This document shows positions 27,930 through 46,339 of a stretch of DNA of 64,000 nucleotides, one piece after another. Numbering within the stretch: position 1 is the stretch's first letter; each line of letters starts with the position of its first letter. Both the position numbers and the translations under genes were made by a program. Location: NCBI RefSeq assembly GCF_009914755.1, contig NC_060938.1; one strand, given 5' to 3'. Origin of the DNA: the human T2T-CHM13v2.0 reference genome, Homo sapiens. The notes beneath the pieces were generated by a model. That model made no database searches. It had not been told where the DNA came from and worked only from the letters and a program-made list of their open reading frames with translations.

Positions 27930-28320
27930 GTAATGTGCAGGGAGGATTGGAGGAAAGCTAGAGGCAAGGAAACAATTAGAGGCTTTGCATTAGTGTAGAA
28001 ATAAGGAAATAAGGACTTGGATTGGGAAAGTCACCATGAGAATAGAAAACAAAGCATGGCTAATAAATGCATTTCAAATATTTTACATAGCTTGGCAAAA
28101 TATTAGCTATTAAGATGAAGAGAGAGTTTGAAAAGTATTCATAATTTTGAACTTGATTGACTAGAGAAATATAATCATCCCCAAAAGTAGAAAAGATTGA
28201 GAGTCTTGCCATGGGGATTCAAGATGAGTCAAATTTAAGCATGTTGAGCTTTGAAGGTACAGCAAACTATCCAAGAATATATTTTAGCAAGGACTTGGAA
28301 ATGTGGAACTAGAACTTGTA
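27930..28320 (-). mobile_element. L2 fragment
   Basis: ggaggattggaggaaagctagaggcaaggaaacaattagaggct; gatgagtcaaatttaagcatgttgag. Confidence 0.55.
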
Positions 28321-29769
28321 AAATAGTTTTTAGGCTTCTAAGAAATAGATTAATTTATACAACCTTATAATTCTACTTGAACAGCCTTAAGCATAACTTT
28401 ATTTTGTGTTAGTCACATATTTTAAGTGGCAAATTGAATTTCGAGGATGTGGATTACCACCTATCTACAAGAACCCTCATTTTTCACTACTTCAGTGGAT
28501 CAGAACTAAAAATATATATATACAAAAAAGTGAAATAAAACATGGTGACCTACTTTTATTCTGAGAGATCTTAAAAATGAGTTCATTTTTTCTGATTCCA
28601 ATAATTCAACTATCATTTTAAACAGCATGTTTTGGCACTAGTAGCATACAAAATAGGTTCTGCAGAATAAAGCTTAGAGGGATTTCATACCTTGGCATCT
28701 TGTCTCTTAGAAGTACATAAAACATTAAAAGGAAAATAACTGTGATGAATCAGAAAGAACACATCAAATTAACAAAGGATTTTTTTGTTACAAAAATATG
28801 CAGTTTGCATAAATATGTACAAAGAAAATTAAAAGCAGTAGGATATTTGGGGCAAAGGATTTATGTCATACAAACCATATAGCTTCTTACAAAATTCTTT
28901 TATCAATGTAAATGAGCAATGTAGTCATTCTAAACTCATGTTGTTAATGCTAAAATACAGCTTTGAACAAATGTCCTATGAAAGAGAATTTGGAGAAAAG
29001 ACACTATTCCTGTGGTCAGGTTGGAAACCAGGGAGACATAGCTTTTGGTGTATTCTGAAAAATATTTGAGAAAACAAAGGGAACTTTTGAGTTTAACATC
29101 ATGTTAAACATCATGATGTTAAACTTTTGAGTTTAACATCAAAAGTTACTGCTCAGATTGGCAGTATAATAATTTTACCTCCTATTTTATCTTACACCCA
29201 CTTCAATCTGACATGTCCTTCCAATTCCGTTAATATTTTCTGTTGTCAACAATGGCTTTCATTTTATCAAATCGAAAGAACAATTCCCAGTCCTCACTGT
29301 ATTCAGCCATGCAGCATTCAGCATGGATCATTTCCTTTTTATTAGTATGTGTTTTACTTAATGTACAGTACACAATACTAGTTTTCTCCTATATCATTAT
29401 AAGCTTCTCATACCTCATTATATGTTATTTTCATTTATTTTGCTGGATTATTTTCTCCTTCCTAATTAGTAAATGATAGAACTTTTGAGGACAAAGTCTT
29501 AAGAAGTCTTCTTCATAAAAATTCCTGGCTGTGTAATGTAACCCAGATTCATGGCTTTAAATATTACTAATAGTCTTTGAGTTTTATTGAGAGTCTCCAC
29601 TACAGAGGACAATAATAAAATAATGCTTGAGGGAAAAGAAAATAATTCATATAAATGACAGCAAGAGAAGCCTTGTCACAAACTTATGCTCTGTCTGTCA
29701 GTTGCATACTAAGCATTTTCATTTTGATATTAATAAGCAATTCCAACCCATATCTTCCCTAGTATTTTC

Positions 29770-30165
29770 TAATTCAGTAATTAGCATCACTTACTCAGAC
29801 CTCAAAATGCCGGGACAGGTTATCCTTAAACTGCCTCTTTCTCTCACATTCAAACTCTATCCAAGAAGCTCCTGTCAGCTGTACTTGGAATCTATATCCT
29901 TAATATAGTCAGATCTCTATAATTTTTATGGTATCATATTTGTCCAAGCTAACATCACTTCCCACAATAGTCTAAGCAATTTATTTTATTTTTCTTACTT
30001 AAAACAAGTTAACTTTAAACAAGATCACATTACTTCTTGCTTTAAAAACTTCTCATGGATTCCTATCACCCTGAGAAAAATAAATAAGATCCTACATAAT
30101 CTGCTCCCTGGTCTTCAGCCTAAACTTATTTTATTTTGGCTTGTTCTTTTTGCTCCATTGACACT
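29770..30165 (+). mobile_element. L2 fragment
   Basis: atccttaaactgcctctttctctcac...tcctgtcagctgtacttggaatctatatcc; gatcacattacttcttgctttaaaaac. Confidence 0.55.
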
Positions 30166-30179
30166 GGTCAATGGCAGTA

Positions 30180-30835
30180 TAATAACAGATGCTGGCAAAT
30201 TTGTGAAGAAAAGGGAATACTTGTACACTGCTGGTGGGGATGTAAATTAGCCATTGTGGAAAGAAGTTTGTCAATTTATCAAAGAACACAAAGCAGAATT
30301 ACCATTCAACCCAGCTGTCTCATTATTGGGTATATACCCAAAGGAACATAAATCGTTCTACCATAAAGACACATACAAACGTATATTCATCACAGCACTA
30401 TTGACAATATCAAGGACATGGAATCAACCCAAATGTCCACCTTTAGATTGGTTAAAGTAAATGTAAAAGCAAAAGTAAATATATATAATGGAATTCTACA
30501 CAGTCATAAAAAACAAGATCATGTTATTTGCAGCAACATGGGTGGATTTGAAGGCCATTATCCTAAGTGAACTAACACATGAACACAAAACCAAATGCTG
30601 CATGTTTGTACTTAGAAGTGGGAGCTAAACATTGCATACAAATGGACACAAAGAAAGGAACAACAGACACCGGGGCCTATTTTAGGGAGGGAGGATGAGG
30701 ATTAAAAAACTGCCTATTGGGTACTATGCTTATCACCAACATAATCTGTACACTAAGCCCCCATGACAGGCGATTTTCCTTATAAAACAAGCCTGGACAT
30801 ATAATCCTGAAGCTAAAATAAAAATTTAAAGAAAG
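30180..30835 (+). mobile_element. L1PA15/16-like 3' end
   Basis: NNRCW..EEKG.L.HCWWGCKL translation; 3' UTR gaggattaaaaaactgcctattgggtactatgct. Confidence 0.85.
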
Positions 30836-31574
30836 AAAGGTGAAACGATAGGTTTGCAGCCTAAATGGAAAGATTAGCAAACACCACAGATAGCCAGATG
30901 ATGTTGACATAATATAAGTAAAAATATAAATGCTTATTTATTCTTATAGACTTTTGATAAATAATTTCAAAATGTGTTCTCTTTTTTGTGATGTCATAAT
31001 ATGCTGCAATATAGTCACCTATAGTATTTAACTCATTTATAAAATGGCAAGTTGATATGTTTTGTTTGATATGGTAAATTTTTTTCAGAATAAAGACATG
31101 CCATTTAAAATATATGAATTTACTATTTACATATTATATCACTATATATTGACTGTACACAATTCAAATGACTTGTTAAATAACTTATCTTTAAACCTTT
31201 TAAATGTTCATAGTATCTTTCTAATTTATCTTAATAAGTCTGCCTTTTCACAGATGCTTTTCTTTAAGGTAAAGACATTGTGTAAATAAGCACATTTTTC
31301 TACTTGCAAAGCAGAGAAAATATTGATATCAATTTCAAATGTTTCAAGTACTTACCTTTTTTTTAAGGCAACAGTCTTTATCTGCTGTTGTTATGTTAGT
31401 AAGGTCAGTACACTTTATGTGTTTTGCAGATTTGTTAGAACACAATTTTGTAAAAACTGGAGTGGCATAAGAAGATAATAATATATAATAAAATATAATT
31501 AAGCAGTCATGTACCTTTATTATGGCAACATGTTTTGTTTTTTAGTATTGTTATTGGACAAATTATTTGGGTTT

Positions 31575-32612
31575 TTTAGCTTTATTGAGATAATTGACAA
31601 ATAAGAATTGTATATGTAGAAGTTGTACAACATGAGGTTTTGATGTACATGTACTTTATGAAACTACTACCAATATCAAGCTAATTAACATATTCATCAC
31701 CTTAAATAGTTAACTTTTGTATTTTAGCAGTGAGAATACATAAGATCTACTCTCTTAGCAAATTTCAGACATACAATACATTTTTATCAATGTGTTTCAT
31801 AGTCATCATGCTGTGCCTTAGGCTTCCAGAAAGTATTCATCTTATAACGGAAAGTTTATACCCTTTGATCAACATTTTCCCATTTTCCCTACCTTCCCCT
31901 CACCTGAAGTCCTGCTAACCTCTTTTCTACTCTCTGGTTTTGGATTCCACATATGTGTAGGCTAATTTTAACTGCCAACTTGATCAGATTAAGCGGGGGG
32001 CTTGATAGCTGGTAAATGCTTATTTCTGTGTGCGTCTGAGAGGGTGCTTCAGAGGAGATTGTCACGTGAATCTGTGGACTGATTCACCCTCAATGTGGGC
32101 AAGTACCATTCAGTTGGCTGCGGTCCTTGGTGGAACAAAAAGTACTGGGAAAAGTAAATCATAATTTTCTCTTTTGTGGCCAGCACACCCTTCTTCTCCC
32201 GCCCTTGGATGTTTGAACTCCAAATTCTCTGGCTTTTAGTCTCCAGGACTTGTACTAGCGGATCACTGGGCTCTTGGGCTTTCGGCCTCAGATTGAGCAT
32301 TACCTCATCAGCCTCCCTGATTCTCAGGCCTTGAGATTTGAACTGAGCCATGCTATCAGCCTCTCTGGTTCTCCAGCTCCCAGGTAATCCATCATGGGAC
32401 TCCTTATCCTTCAGAATCTTGTGAGCCCATTCCTCTAGTATATTCCCTCTTATCTATTCTATCTATCCATCTATCTATGTTTCTTTCTTTCTATCTATCC
32501 ATTCATTCATCCTATTGGTTCTGTCTTTCCAGAGAACCATAAGACAGCATGTAAGTCAGATCATGCAGTATCAGTTTCTGTCTTTCTGTTTCTGGCTTAT
32601 TTTACTTAGCAT
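31575..32612 (-). mobile_element. L1MA8/9-like 3' end interrupted by an MLT2 LTR
   Basis: agctttattgagataattgacaaataa...aagatctactctcttagcaaatttca...gattccacata | taagtcagatcatgcagta...ggcttattttacttagcataatg. Confidence 0.8.
31954..32546 (+). mobile_element. MLT2 (B/C/D-like) ERVL solo LTR
   Basis: TG...CA ends; gccaacttga...gatagctggtaaa; (tcta)n; tcctattggttctgtct; degenerate 5-bp TSD acata/gcatg. Confidence 0.82.
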
Positions 32613-35249
32613 AATGCCCTCCAGGTTCATTCTGAAAAGATGATTCATAATGATTATGAGAAGATGATTTTTTGATGGGATTTGAGTCAGTAGGAGTATC
32701 TCATTATTTTCATCACATTATTAGTTATTTGGTGCATGACATTTTGTTTTTCTAAATTAATGCTTAGCAGTATTAATCAAAGACCCCTTAAGTTAAAGTC
32801 CAATGTTTGTATATTTGCCTTTAATACATAAAGGTTATGTCTACATAATAAAGACAGGTAATTAGGATTGATATTAAGAGAAAAGGCAACACACAAAGCC
32901 ATGTCTTACTTTATTATCTAAGTATTTTAGACTAAATTACCTGTTGCACTTTATAGTAACACCTGTCATTTTATGTAACAAACATATGTTATTAATAGCA
33001 GCTTTAGGTATATTAATTGCATTAAGCCTGCCTATACATATAGGATATAAAATATTAACTTTATTTTATAGATGAAAACACATCTTTCCTAAAGTAATAG
33101 AACCAGTGTATCAAAAGCATTGAAGATTATTATACATACTCAAAATCTATGCTTTTAAATATTATTACGTATAGTTACCCATCTAACTATCTATTCTTGG
33201 AATAATAGATGCATTTCAAATAGCCCTTAACAATTATTAATAGCATTATGAAAACATTTTTAAAACTCTGGTCATTTATTCAAGAATGGCATGCACTCTT
33301 ACCGGGAGGTTCTGTCTTGGTTCCCACTGATAAAACTCCATTCATGATTTTTACAATCGTATTAGCTTTTACAATGTTTTGCTTAACATGTAAGCAGCTC
33401 TTACTATAGAGTTGGTACCTAAAACAGTCAGTTATGTTAAAACTTTCTGTTATGAAAGTAGTTATTAATCATGACAACAATTTTTTTATGTAACTTATAT
33501 CACTGTGCTAAAATCTGTATCTTCCCTATTTAGATTCCTGCTTGTTGATTATTCACATGCAGTATTTCTATATGATTAGTCTCTTCTACTTCACTGTTCT
33601 TTTTTTCTCCCAAATTTATTCTTTCATCAAAGTTCTCGATGTTCTTTGTCATCCAAGAGTATTATTTCAGTCTAGAAGTAAATTTTATCTCTCCTTTGTT
33701 TCTTTATATTTAATTTAAAGACAATCATTTAAAAATTTGAAAACAAATATTTTATTAAATAAATATGTATTCATTTAGTGTTTTTCATGAAGTAAATAAG
33801 TGAACTATATTATAAATAATTCCTTAAAATAATACCTACTTGTAAGCTGCCAAAAACAGTTTATGAAATAATAGCGGTTGTTTTGGTGATAAATAGATCC
33901 CTATATATTTATTACCTAGAGAGCACAGTTTACATAGAAATATTGTCTTTATTCTGCAGTTCAAGTTGTGAATATTTGGCAGACACCATTGTAGTTTCTC
34001 TCTGAATAGAATCAAGACCATATGTTTAACAAGGAGTTAAGATTTAGTGGTGTATAAAAACAAAGTGTCTAAATTCTAATGACACTATTTACTAATCTAA
34101 TAATACAATGTCACCACTTTTCACTTTGATGTCAAACTCAACTTTGTATTCTAAAGCCTTCTGAAATGCTCACTCTTCACTCAGTGAAATATGGGGAAAA
34201 AGACATTTTAATTAACTTAGTTGAAAAATATAAAACATATACATTTAGGTTTAGAGATTTAGAATTTTTTAATATACTCCCTCAGCTTTAGTCAATATAA
34301 AAATAATTTGTTTCACTTATAGTATGCTTATTTTTGATTTCCCTGAAAAATTTCAATGTAAGAAGCAAAATTATATTGGATACATGGGATTATATTCATT
34401 GCAGATTTTGTAATTCTCATATATCACAGACTAATTAGTAATGAAATAAGATTGTATAATGACAGATCCTCTGTATTCCCATAGAAAATGCAGGACTGTT
34501 CACACAGTTAAACTGTGAGAGCATGTTTCCACTTGACATTTATGGAATTGTAGCTTGGCACACTCTTTGTTTTAACAGAGAAAAAGTTGATATAAATGTA
34601 AATCTAAAAGACATTCTGGCAGCAATATTTTATTATTTCCTACTCAACTGAGTTGAATGAATGAATTTTAAAAATTGACATTTTTTGGTGTTCCCTCTAG
34701 AAAATAGTAATTTAGCTTATATTGAAAATAACAGAGTAATGGCAACGCTTAATAGTAACTAAGAATCTCATGTTTGTTATGAATTTACCAGAGTAATGGA
34801 GGGCCTTAATGGTGTTTTTTTAAGAGGTTAGTATTTTCACATATATATCACAAGAAACACAGCTGGATCTCCACAGTCAGATTTCAAATTTTTTTTTTTA
34901 TATTCAGAAATCCAGTTCCACTTTCTAGTGCACGTCTTTCTTCAAATAGCCCATCAATTATCTCCAGCGTGTCTTCTGTGGAAGGCAGAAGGTTGTTGAT
35001 ACAGCTGACGGTTATGCCTTATCCAGTCTCTGTTTTTGAGAGGCCAAGTTCAATATTTCTCAATGTTACAATAACTATATAAACATAACCAAATAAATTA
35101 ATTAAATAAATTTTCCTCAAATGACAATTATGCATGTTAAAATGTGATAAATAGATATTTTCCCATTACCAATATTATAAATATTATGTGGCCAAAGCCA
35201 ATGTTAAAATTTTTATTCCTTCAATCATACAAATTAATATTAAGAAGTC

Positions 35250-35470
35250 TTATTGATTGTTTCCTATATCAAGACACTTTTTTAAACATTTTGTATGCAC
35301 TGACTCATAGAAACCTCATTATACCTTAAACAACAGGGACAATTATTTTCCTTATCTATATGGAGAAATTTAGTCATGGAACAGCTTAGGTTATTGCTCA
35401 GAATCACACAACTGGTGGATCTGGAATGCAGCTCAGGCATTCTGGTTGCTGAGCAAGGGCCCTTAACTTC
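35250..35470 (-). mobile_element. MIR SINE
   Basis: MIR-core-like attattttccttat...atggagaaat..agtcatgga...ttaggttattgctcagaatcacacaact. Confidence 0.65.
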
Positions 35471-36461
35471 TGTGATAAATTTCCTCTCCTTACCAATGTA
35501 TTGCAAAATATTGTTCTGTGTGAAGCTCCTCTGACTTATTCACAATGTGCAAACCAAGGAAAGGTTACATTTTGTATGAAAGAGTAGCTTTATTTCTCCT
35601 ATTCTTGTTTTTTATTATCTACATAGTAATTGGATATTTTGATTCTAGCTGTTATTATGTGTATGGAGATGATGCCATTTTTGATAATAATAAGGCTGGG
35701 GAGGTAGATTTTAACTAGTTATCATAAGGCATATACAAAATCATTCTACCTTATGTATGCATGATTGAATGTAACAGTAAAGCAATCTTGCAAATTATAA
35801 TACTTGAATTTACATAACTCCCCTCTTCCCTTTTCTTTATAGTTCTTCTCAGTGAATCACAAAAATGCGATGATTGAATTTTTCTTTAGTTAATATTTCT
35901 AGTTGAAAACACTATTTTACAGTATAAAAAATAAGTGAACTGGTGAACTGAGAAGGAAGTCACTTAAAGAAGTTTTACACATCATTATGAAGAACATTTC
36001 CAGTGATGCTGTTTCTGACTCTTGGTTTTCATAATCAAGGTAAACACGAAGCTATGAATTGATAATTCGTGGTCTCCCACAAGGTGAGAAAAGCATTCTG
36101 CTTAAATTTTCAGAACTAATTTGTATGGCGTTATTTCCAGTAAGCCTTAATTTATTAGCTAGATTCAAATTATCTTGTATTTTCTTAATGAAGAGAGGCA
36201 TAAGTAATTTAAAGGATTCTTCAATAAGCCTTCAAGTTAGATGTAATTATCTCTTCTCCTTTTCGGAACTACATGAAATAAGATTCACTATGAAGACCAC
36301 AAAGAATGGATTTAACTGCAGTCAAATATGCCAGCCCATGGAATCTACTGATGAGATTGTGATATCTCTGAGAACAGACAGTACTTTTCAGTTTAGCAAC
36401 TACAAAAAGATAGAGATATCATAAGACTACTTTCCAGGTTCAAAATCAAGATTTTAATTTA

Positions 36462-38624
<2,163 letters not shown>

Positions 38625-39505
38625 TAAATGGATCTAAAAATTCTTAGCTATAATGTAAATATGCTTACATTTCAAAATGCTTAATGACATGTAAAATGCT
38701 TGTACATGTAAAAATGCTTTACGTGTAGCAGCAGGCTTACATAATGTGCATTAAATAATTTTAATAAATTATCTTAATATATCTGAGTTTAAAATGTTTA
38801 TAGCAGATTTTAAACTAAATTATTTGTTTCCAAAGTTCCAGGACTTTGGTCTGGGTCCTGCTGCATGTAAAAATGCTTAACTATGTGAAAGATAAATAAA
38901 AAATTCAGAGATACTTGACTATTTTTAGTACTAAATTCAATATTATGCTGATGGAGCTTTTTATTACATGAACTTTAATTAAACTGATTTTATTAAAACT
39001 TATAACCTGTTTCTTATTTAGTCGAATTATGTTACCTATGGGTTACTTTAACAAGCTTATTTTCATAGGCAAATTAAACTACCAAACTTTGATTTGCTTA
39101 ACCATTTAATATAATATCCAAAAACTTTAAAATGTCTCAAATGGATTTTATAATTAAACATAATTAAAGTTATCATTTACAGTGTCACAAAACTTGCATA
39201 ATAATGTAAAGTAAATGGACTCTATAAAAATGTGCATCAAGTTATTTAAGTTTATTTACTTTAAAATAATTTTTCAATGATTTAGTATTTACTAGATTTG
39301 TAAATAAGTCATTGGAGTTTTTAAGAAGCTAACTAAATGAAAAATATATATTTTACATTGTTTTACTCTATATTTGTGTATGTGTATGTGCATCTGTGAA
39401 TTATGTATGAAATAAAATTAATGTAGTTATCTTCTAGGTTTTAGTGTTAGAAGAGAAATTACAAGTGCACATTTGGGTACATAGGACATGGCCTCTGTGG
39501 AGTAG

Positions 39506-40113
39506 TGTTGCAGCCTCCTTACTCCTTAGTTTAGTGAGGTCTGAGTTCTTGTTCCAAAGCCAAGAAGAATAAGGCACACAGACATTGGAGAGTAAAGCAG
39601 AGTAGGACTTATTAAGCAACAGAAAAGCTCTCAGCAGTGAGAGGGGACCCAAAGAGGGGTTGCCAAAAAGGGGGCTGAGTTTTGGGTCTTTTATGTGGCA
39701 GAAATAAGGAAGTCTTCTATGGGTTCTGCCTTAATGGGAGGGCTAAAATTCCCCCTGGGGTGTTACATTTGTGCATGCCTGGGGTTGACTATAGTAACTC
39801 TATCTTGGTTGTTACCCATGAGTGCTTAAGTGAAATACATGGTGGGGGGTGGGGGCTAAAACCACGATGCTAATGGCATTATAATGAGTTCAGGGTTATT
39901 TTAGGATGCCCTCAGTTCTTGTCTGTGCCTGTGTAGGTGGCTGGAAAGTCCCTTCTGAGCAAGCATCTTGGTATAAGATTAAGTTCTTAACTACATTTCC
40001 TCCTGCTAGCTACATAACAGAGGTGGTGCAGGTATGTTCCCACAGGTATAGTTCCTCTTCCAAGACACTCCCTCACTAGTTGCCTGACCAGTTCCTACCT
40101 GCCTCCTCTCTCA
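39506..40113 (-). mobile_element. ERV1-class solo LTR with 4-bp TSD (subfamily not assigned)
   Basis: TG...CA termini flanked by gtag at 39502-39505 and 40114-40117; tttatt (AATAAA on the minus strand) near 39608. Confidence 0.8.
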
Positions 40114-40143
40114 GTAGGTTTTATTTTTTTTCTAGAGAAGTTA

Positions 40144-40633
40144 TGAAGATAAAACTGGCCTAGTTGTTCCATAGAACTTATGTTTATGGTTTCTTTTGAA
40201 TAAACATAGAGATTGACCTTCCCAGTCTTGATTCCTGAGAAAGCCACATTTGTATTACCTGAGCTTCTTTCTCAGGAAACGAACCATCAGGCCTCCTGGA
40301 TAATATCACGGGGATATTACCACATCTGGACAATGAGACACCAGTCAACTCACCTATAATGATTGCCTAATTGACTGCCTGCTCCCTGTTGACCAACTCC
40401 TCTTCCTTACCTCTCCCTGATTCCTGATTTCCCACACATGATAATGTGTCTTACTTGCTATATAAAATCAATCATTTTAATGTGTCAGGGAGAAGAATTT
40501 GGGAATGATTTCCCACCTCCTTGGCTGCAGCACCAGATTAAAGCATTTTTCCCTGGCGATACTCCTTGTCTCAGTGATTGGCTTTCTGTGCAATAGGCAA
40601 GACCGAGAATGAATCCCTGATGTTTCAGTAGCA
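40144..40633 (+). mobile_element. MER39/LTR54-like ERV1 solo LTR
   Basis: ccatagaact.atgtttatggtttctt; tgctatataaa TATA box; gattaaagc poly-A signal; ctcagtgattggctttctgtgc. Confidence 0.8.
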
Positions 40634-42299
40634 AAGATATGAGTTATAAATCTAATTTTTTAAAATACTCAGATATATCAAGATAATTTATAAAAGATAT
40701 TTAATATATATTATGCAAACCTGCTGCTATTATCAATTACATTTTTGTTATGTAAATTAAGAAATTGATGATTCTGAAATTTATGACATAGAAATAGCTA
40801 ATGGAATATATCCTTTGTCTTAAAAATATGATTCTAACAAATAAATGCAAATTTATCTAATAGAAGAAACAAAACCAATGAATGATATAGTGGTGTATCG
40901 TAACTCACATGGAAAATTAGTATCAGAAAATGGTCTCTTGATTCTAAGAATAATACTCTTACATAAAAAAAAAATCTAGAATTCACCAGGTTTTAAGGCT
41001 GGTTTGTAAGCATTTGCTGGTCTAATTAGCAGAATATTGGATGAACTTGATATTCAAATATTTGATTAATTACTTGAGGAAATGAGTAACTCAAGTCACA
41101 CACATATACTAGATAGTGGAAAATCCCATTTAAATACTTGCACAATTATACATGTATGTATGCCTCACTCTTCATTCAAAAGGTAAGTAGTTTTATACAT
41201 TGGGGTATTTTGCCTGTCTGTGGTCAGAGGATCTGAGATTAGATTGTTACTTTGATATTTCCCAATATATGTATCATAGAAAAGAATGATATGTCAATAT
41301 GAAGGACTATAGTAAAGACTCATGATTTTATATAAAGGTCTCATTGTACTCTGCCTTTTGTATGGTCAGCATTCAGTACATTTATGCTGTTATTCTTCAT
41401 AATGCTATTATTTGTATCCATATTTATGGTTGTGGATATAATTCTAAAAAATGTTCTCAAATACATCTTCTGTCTGGGACATTAATAACCACCTTCTCAT
41501 TTTTAAGACACTTTGTTGGTTTTTGGCATGATTATACTACTATCATACTGATTTTCTTATGTCAAAGTCTTTTTTTTTTTTTTTGCTTCTGTGTTGACTT
41601 CTTATTCTATTAGTTACCATTCAACATTCTTAATGTTTTGCTTTTCCTCTTCATGTTTTCTTTCTTCCTCTAACTCTATTCTCTTTTATTGATCTAAAAC
41701 CTTCAACTAATACATGTGGTTGTGGAAGATTATCATATTTTTCTTTTTAACGGCGAATATTGAATTCTCTTCTTAGCTAGTGTACTGTTTCCAAATATCT
41801 GAGTGTTTTACATAGTCTCAAACTTTAAAATACTTCAAAGCAAATGTCCGTCTTCATTTCTCTATCTATTCTTTTATGCTTTGTTTTGCCATTGAGATAA
41901 AAAATCTCAAGCTGTCTTAAAAATAATTTTTATGAACTCCTATCTTGTCTCATGTTCTTCACACACAGGCATTTTTATTATAACATGATGGAACTGCAAC
42001 TTGGTTATTTTGCTTTATGTATTTATTATAAATAATTCACAGGAGTTAAATATATGACATGTAATATGACTGCATATTTTTGACAAATTATGTTTCTAAT
42101 ATATTACTCAAGTTATATCACCACGTGCTCAGGTTTGAATGCTCAGTTCTACAGTGCTTAAAGATTTAAGAGCTAACTTCTTAAACTGAAATTATAAATA
42201 ATCTAACCTTTCTTAATTTATCCCTACTATACAGACTTACCTATATTCTATTTTGGTAAAACTGTCATTACACTTTCAAGTATCTTTGCTTTTAAAAAA

Positions 42300-42991
42300 T
42301 TATTTTAAGTTCTGGGATACATGTGCAGAACATGCAAGTTTGATACCTAGGTAAACGTGTGCCATGGTGGTTTGCTGCACCTATCAGCCCATCACCTAGG
42401 TATTAAGCCCAGCATACATTAAGCTGTTTATCCTGATGCTCTCCCTACCACTGCCCCTCCAACAGGCCCCAGTGTGTGTTGTTCTCCTCTCTGTGACCAT
42501 GTATTTTCACTGTTAAGCTCCCACTTATTAGTGAGAACATGAGGTGTTTGGCTTTCTGTCCCTGTGTTAGCTTGCTGAGAATGATGGTTCCCAGCTTCAT
42601 CCATGTCTCTGCAAAGGACATCAATTCATTTTGTTTTATGGCTGCATAGTATTCCATTGTGTATATGTACCACATTTTCTTTATCCAGTTTACCATTGAT
42701 GGGCATTTGGGTTGATTCCATGTCTTTGCTATTGTGAATATTGCTGCAATAAACATACATGTGCAGGTATCTTTATAATAGAATAATTTATATTTTTCTG
42801 GGTATATACCTGGTGATAAGATTGCTGGGTCAAATGATATTTCTAGTTCTAGATCCTTGAGGAATCGCCACACTGTCTTCCACAATGGTTGAACTAATTT
42901 ACATTCCCACCAACAGTGTAAAAGTGTTCCTATTACACCACTGTTTCACCAGCATTTGTTGTTTCTTGACTTTTTAATAATTGCCATTCTG
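42300..42991 (-). mobile_element. L1PA8-11-like 3' end (about 0.7 kb)
   Basis: ORF 42445-42885 is the ORF2 C-terminus; 3' UTR with gcttaatacctaggtgatgg on the minus strand. Confidence 0.9.
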
Positions 42992-42993
42992 TG

Positions 42994-43537
42994 TTTTTTC
43001 TTTATCAGTCTGGTTAGTGGTCTATCTATTTGTTAATGTTTTAAGAAAAACAGCTCCTGGATTCACTGATTTTTTGGAAGGGTTTTTGTGTCTCTATTTC
43101 CTTCAATTGTGCTCTGATTTTAGTTATTTCTTGTCTTCTGCTAGCTTTTGAATTTGTTTGCACTTGCTTCTCTAGTTCTTGTAATTGTGATGTTAGGGTA
43201 TCAATTTTAGATCTCCCCTTCTTTCTCCTGTGGGCATTTAGTGCTATAAATTTCCCTCTAAACACTGCTTTAGCTGTGTGTGTCACAGAGATTCTGGTAT
43301 GTTGTGTCTTTGTTCTCACTGCTTTCAAATAACTTATTTATTTCTGCCTTAATTTCATTATTTACCCCAGTAGTCATTCAGGAGCAAGTTGGTCAGTTTC
43401 CATGTAGTTGTACGGTTTTGAGTGAGTATCTCAATCCTGAGTTCTAATTTGACTGCACTGTGGTCTCAGAGACTGTTTCCTATGAGTTATGTTCTTTTGC
43501 ATTTGGTGAGGAGTGTTTTACTTTCAATTATGTTGTC
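42994..43537 (-). mobile_element. Inverted 5' segment (ORF2, end of EN region) of an L1PA7-like element
   Basis: ORF 43041-43328: [17 protein letters not shown]...[11 protein letters not shown]. Confidence 0.9.
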
Positions 43538-46335
<2,798 letters not shown>

Positions 46336-46339
46336 TTTT

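Noticed and set aside
36059-36424. 121-aa ORF in unique DNA
   Set aside because: TTG start, no recognisable family and no convincing exon boundaries; compatible with chance.
41180-42243. Perfect AG|GTAAGT donors (plus strand near 41182, minus strand at 42241)
   Set aside because: No matching acceptor or open exon; a few such 8-mers are expected by chance across both strands of 64 kb.
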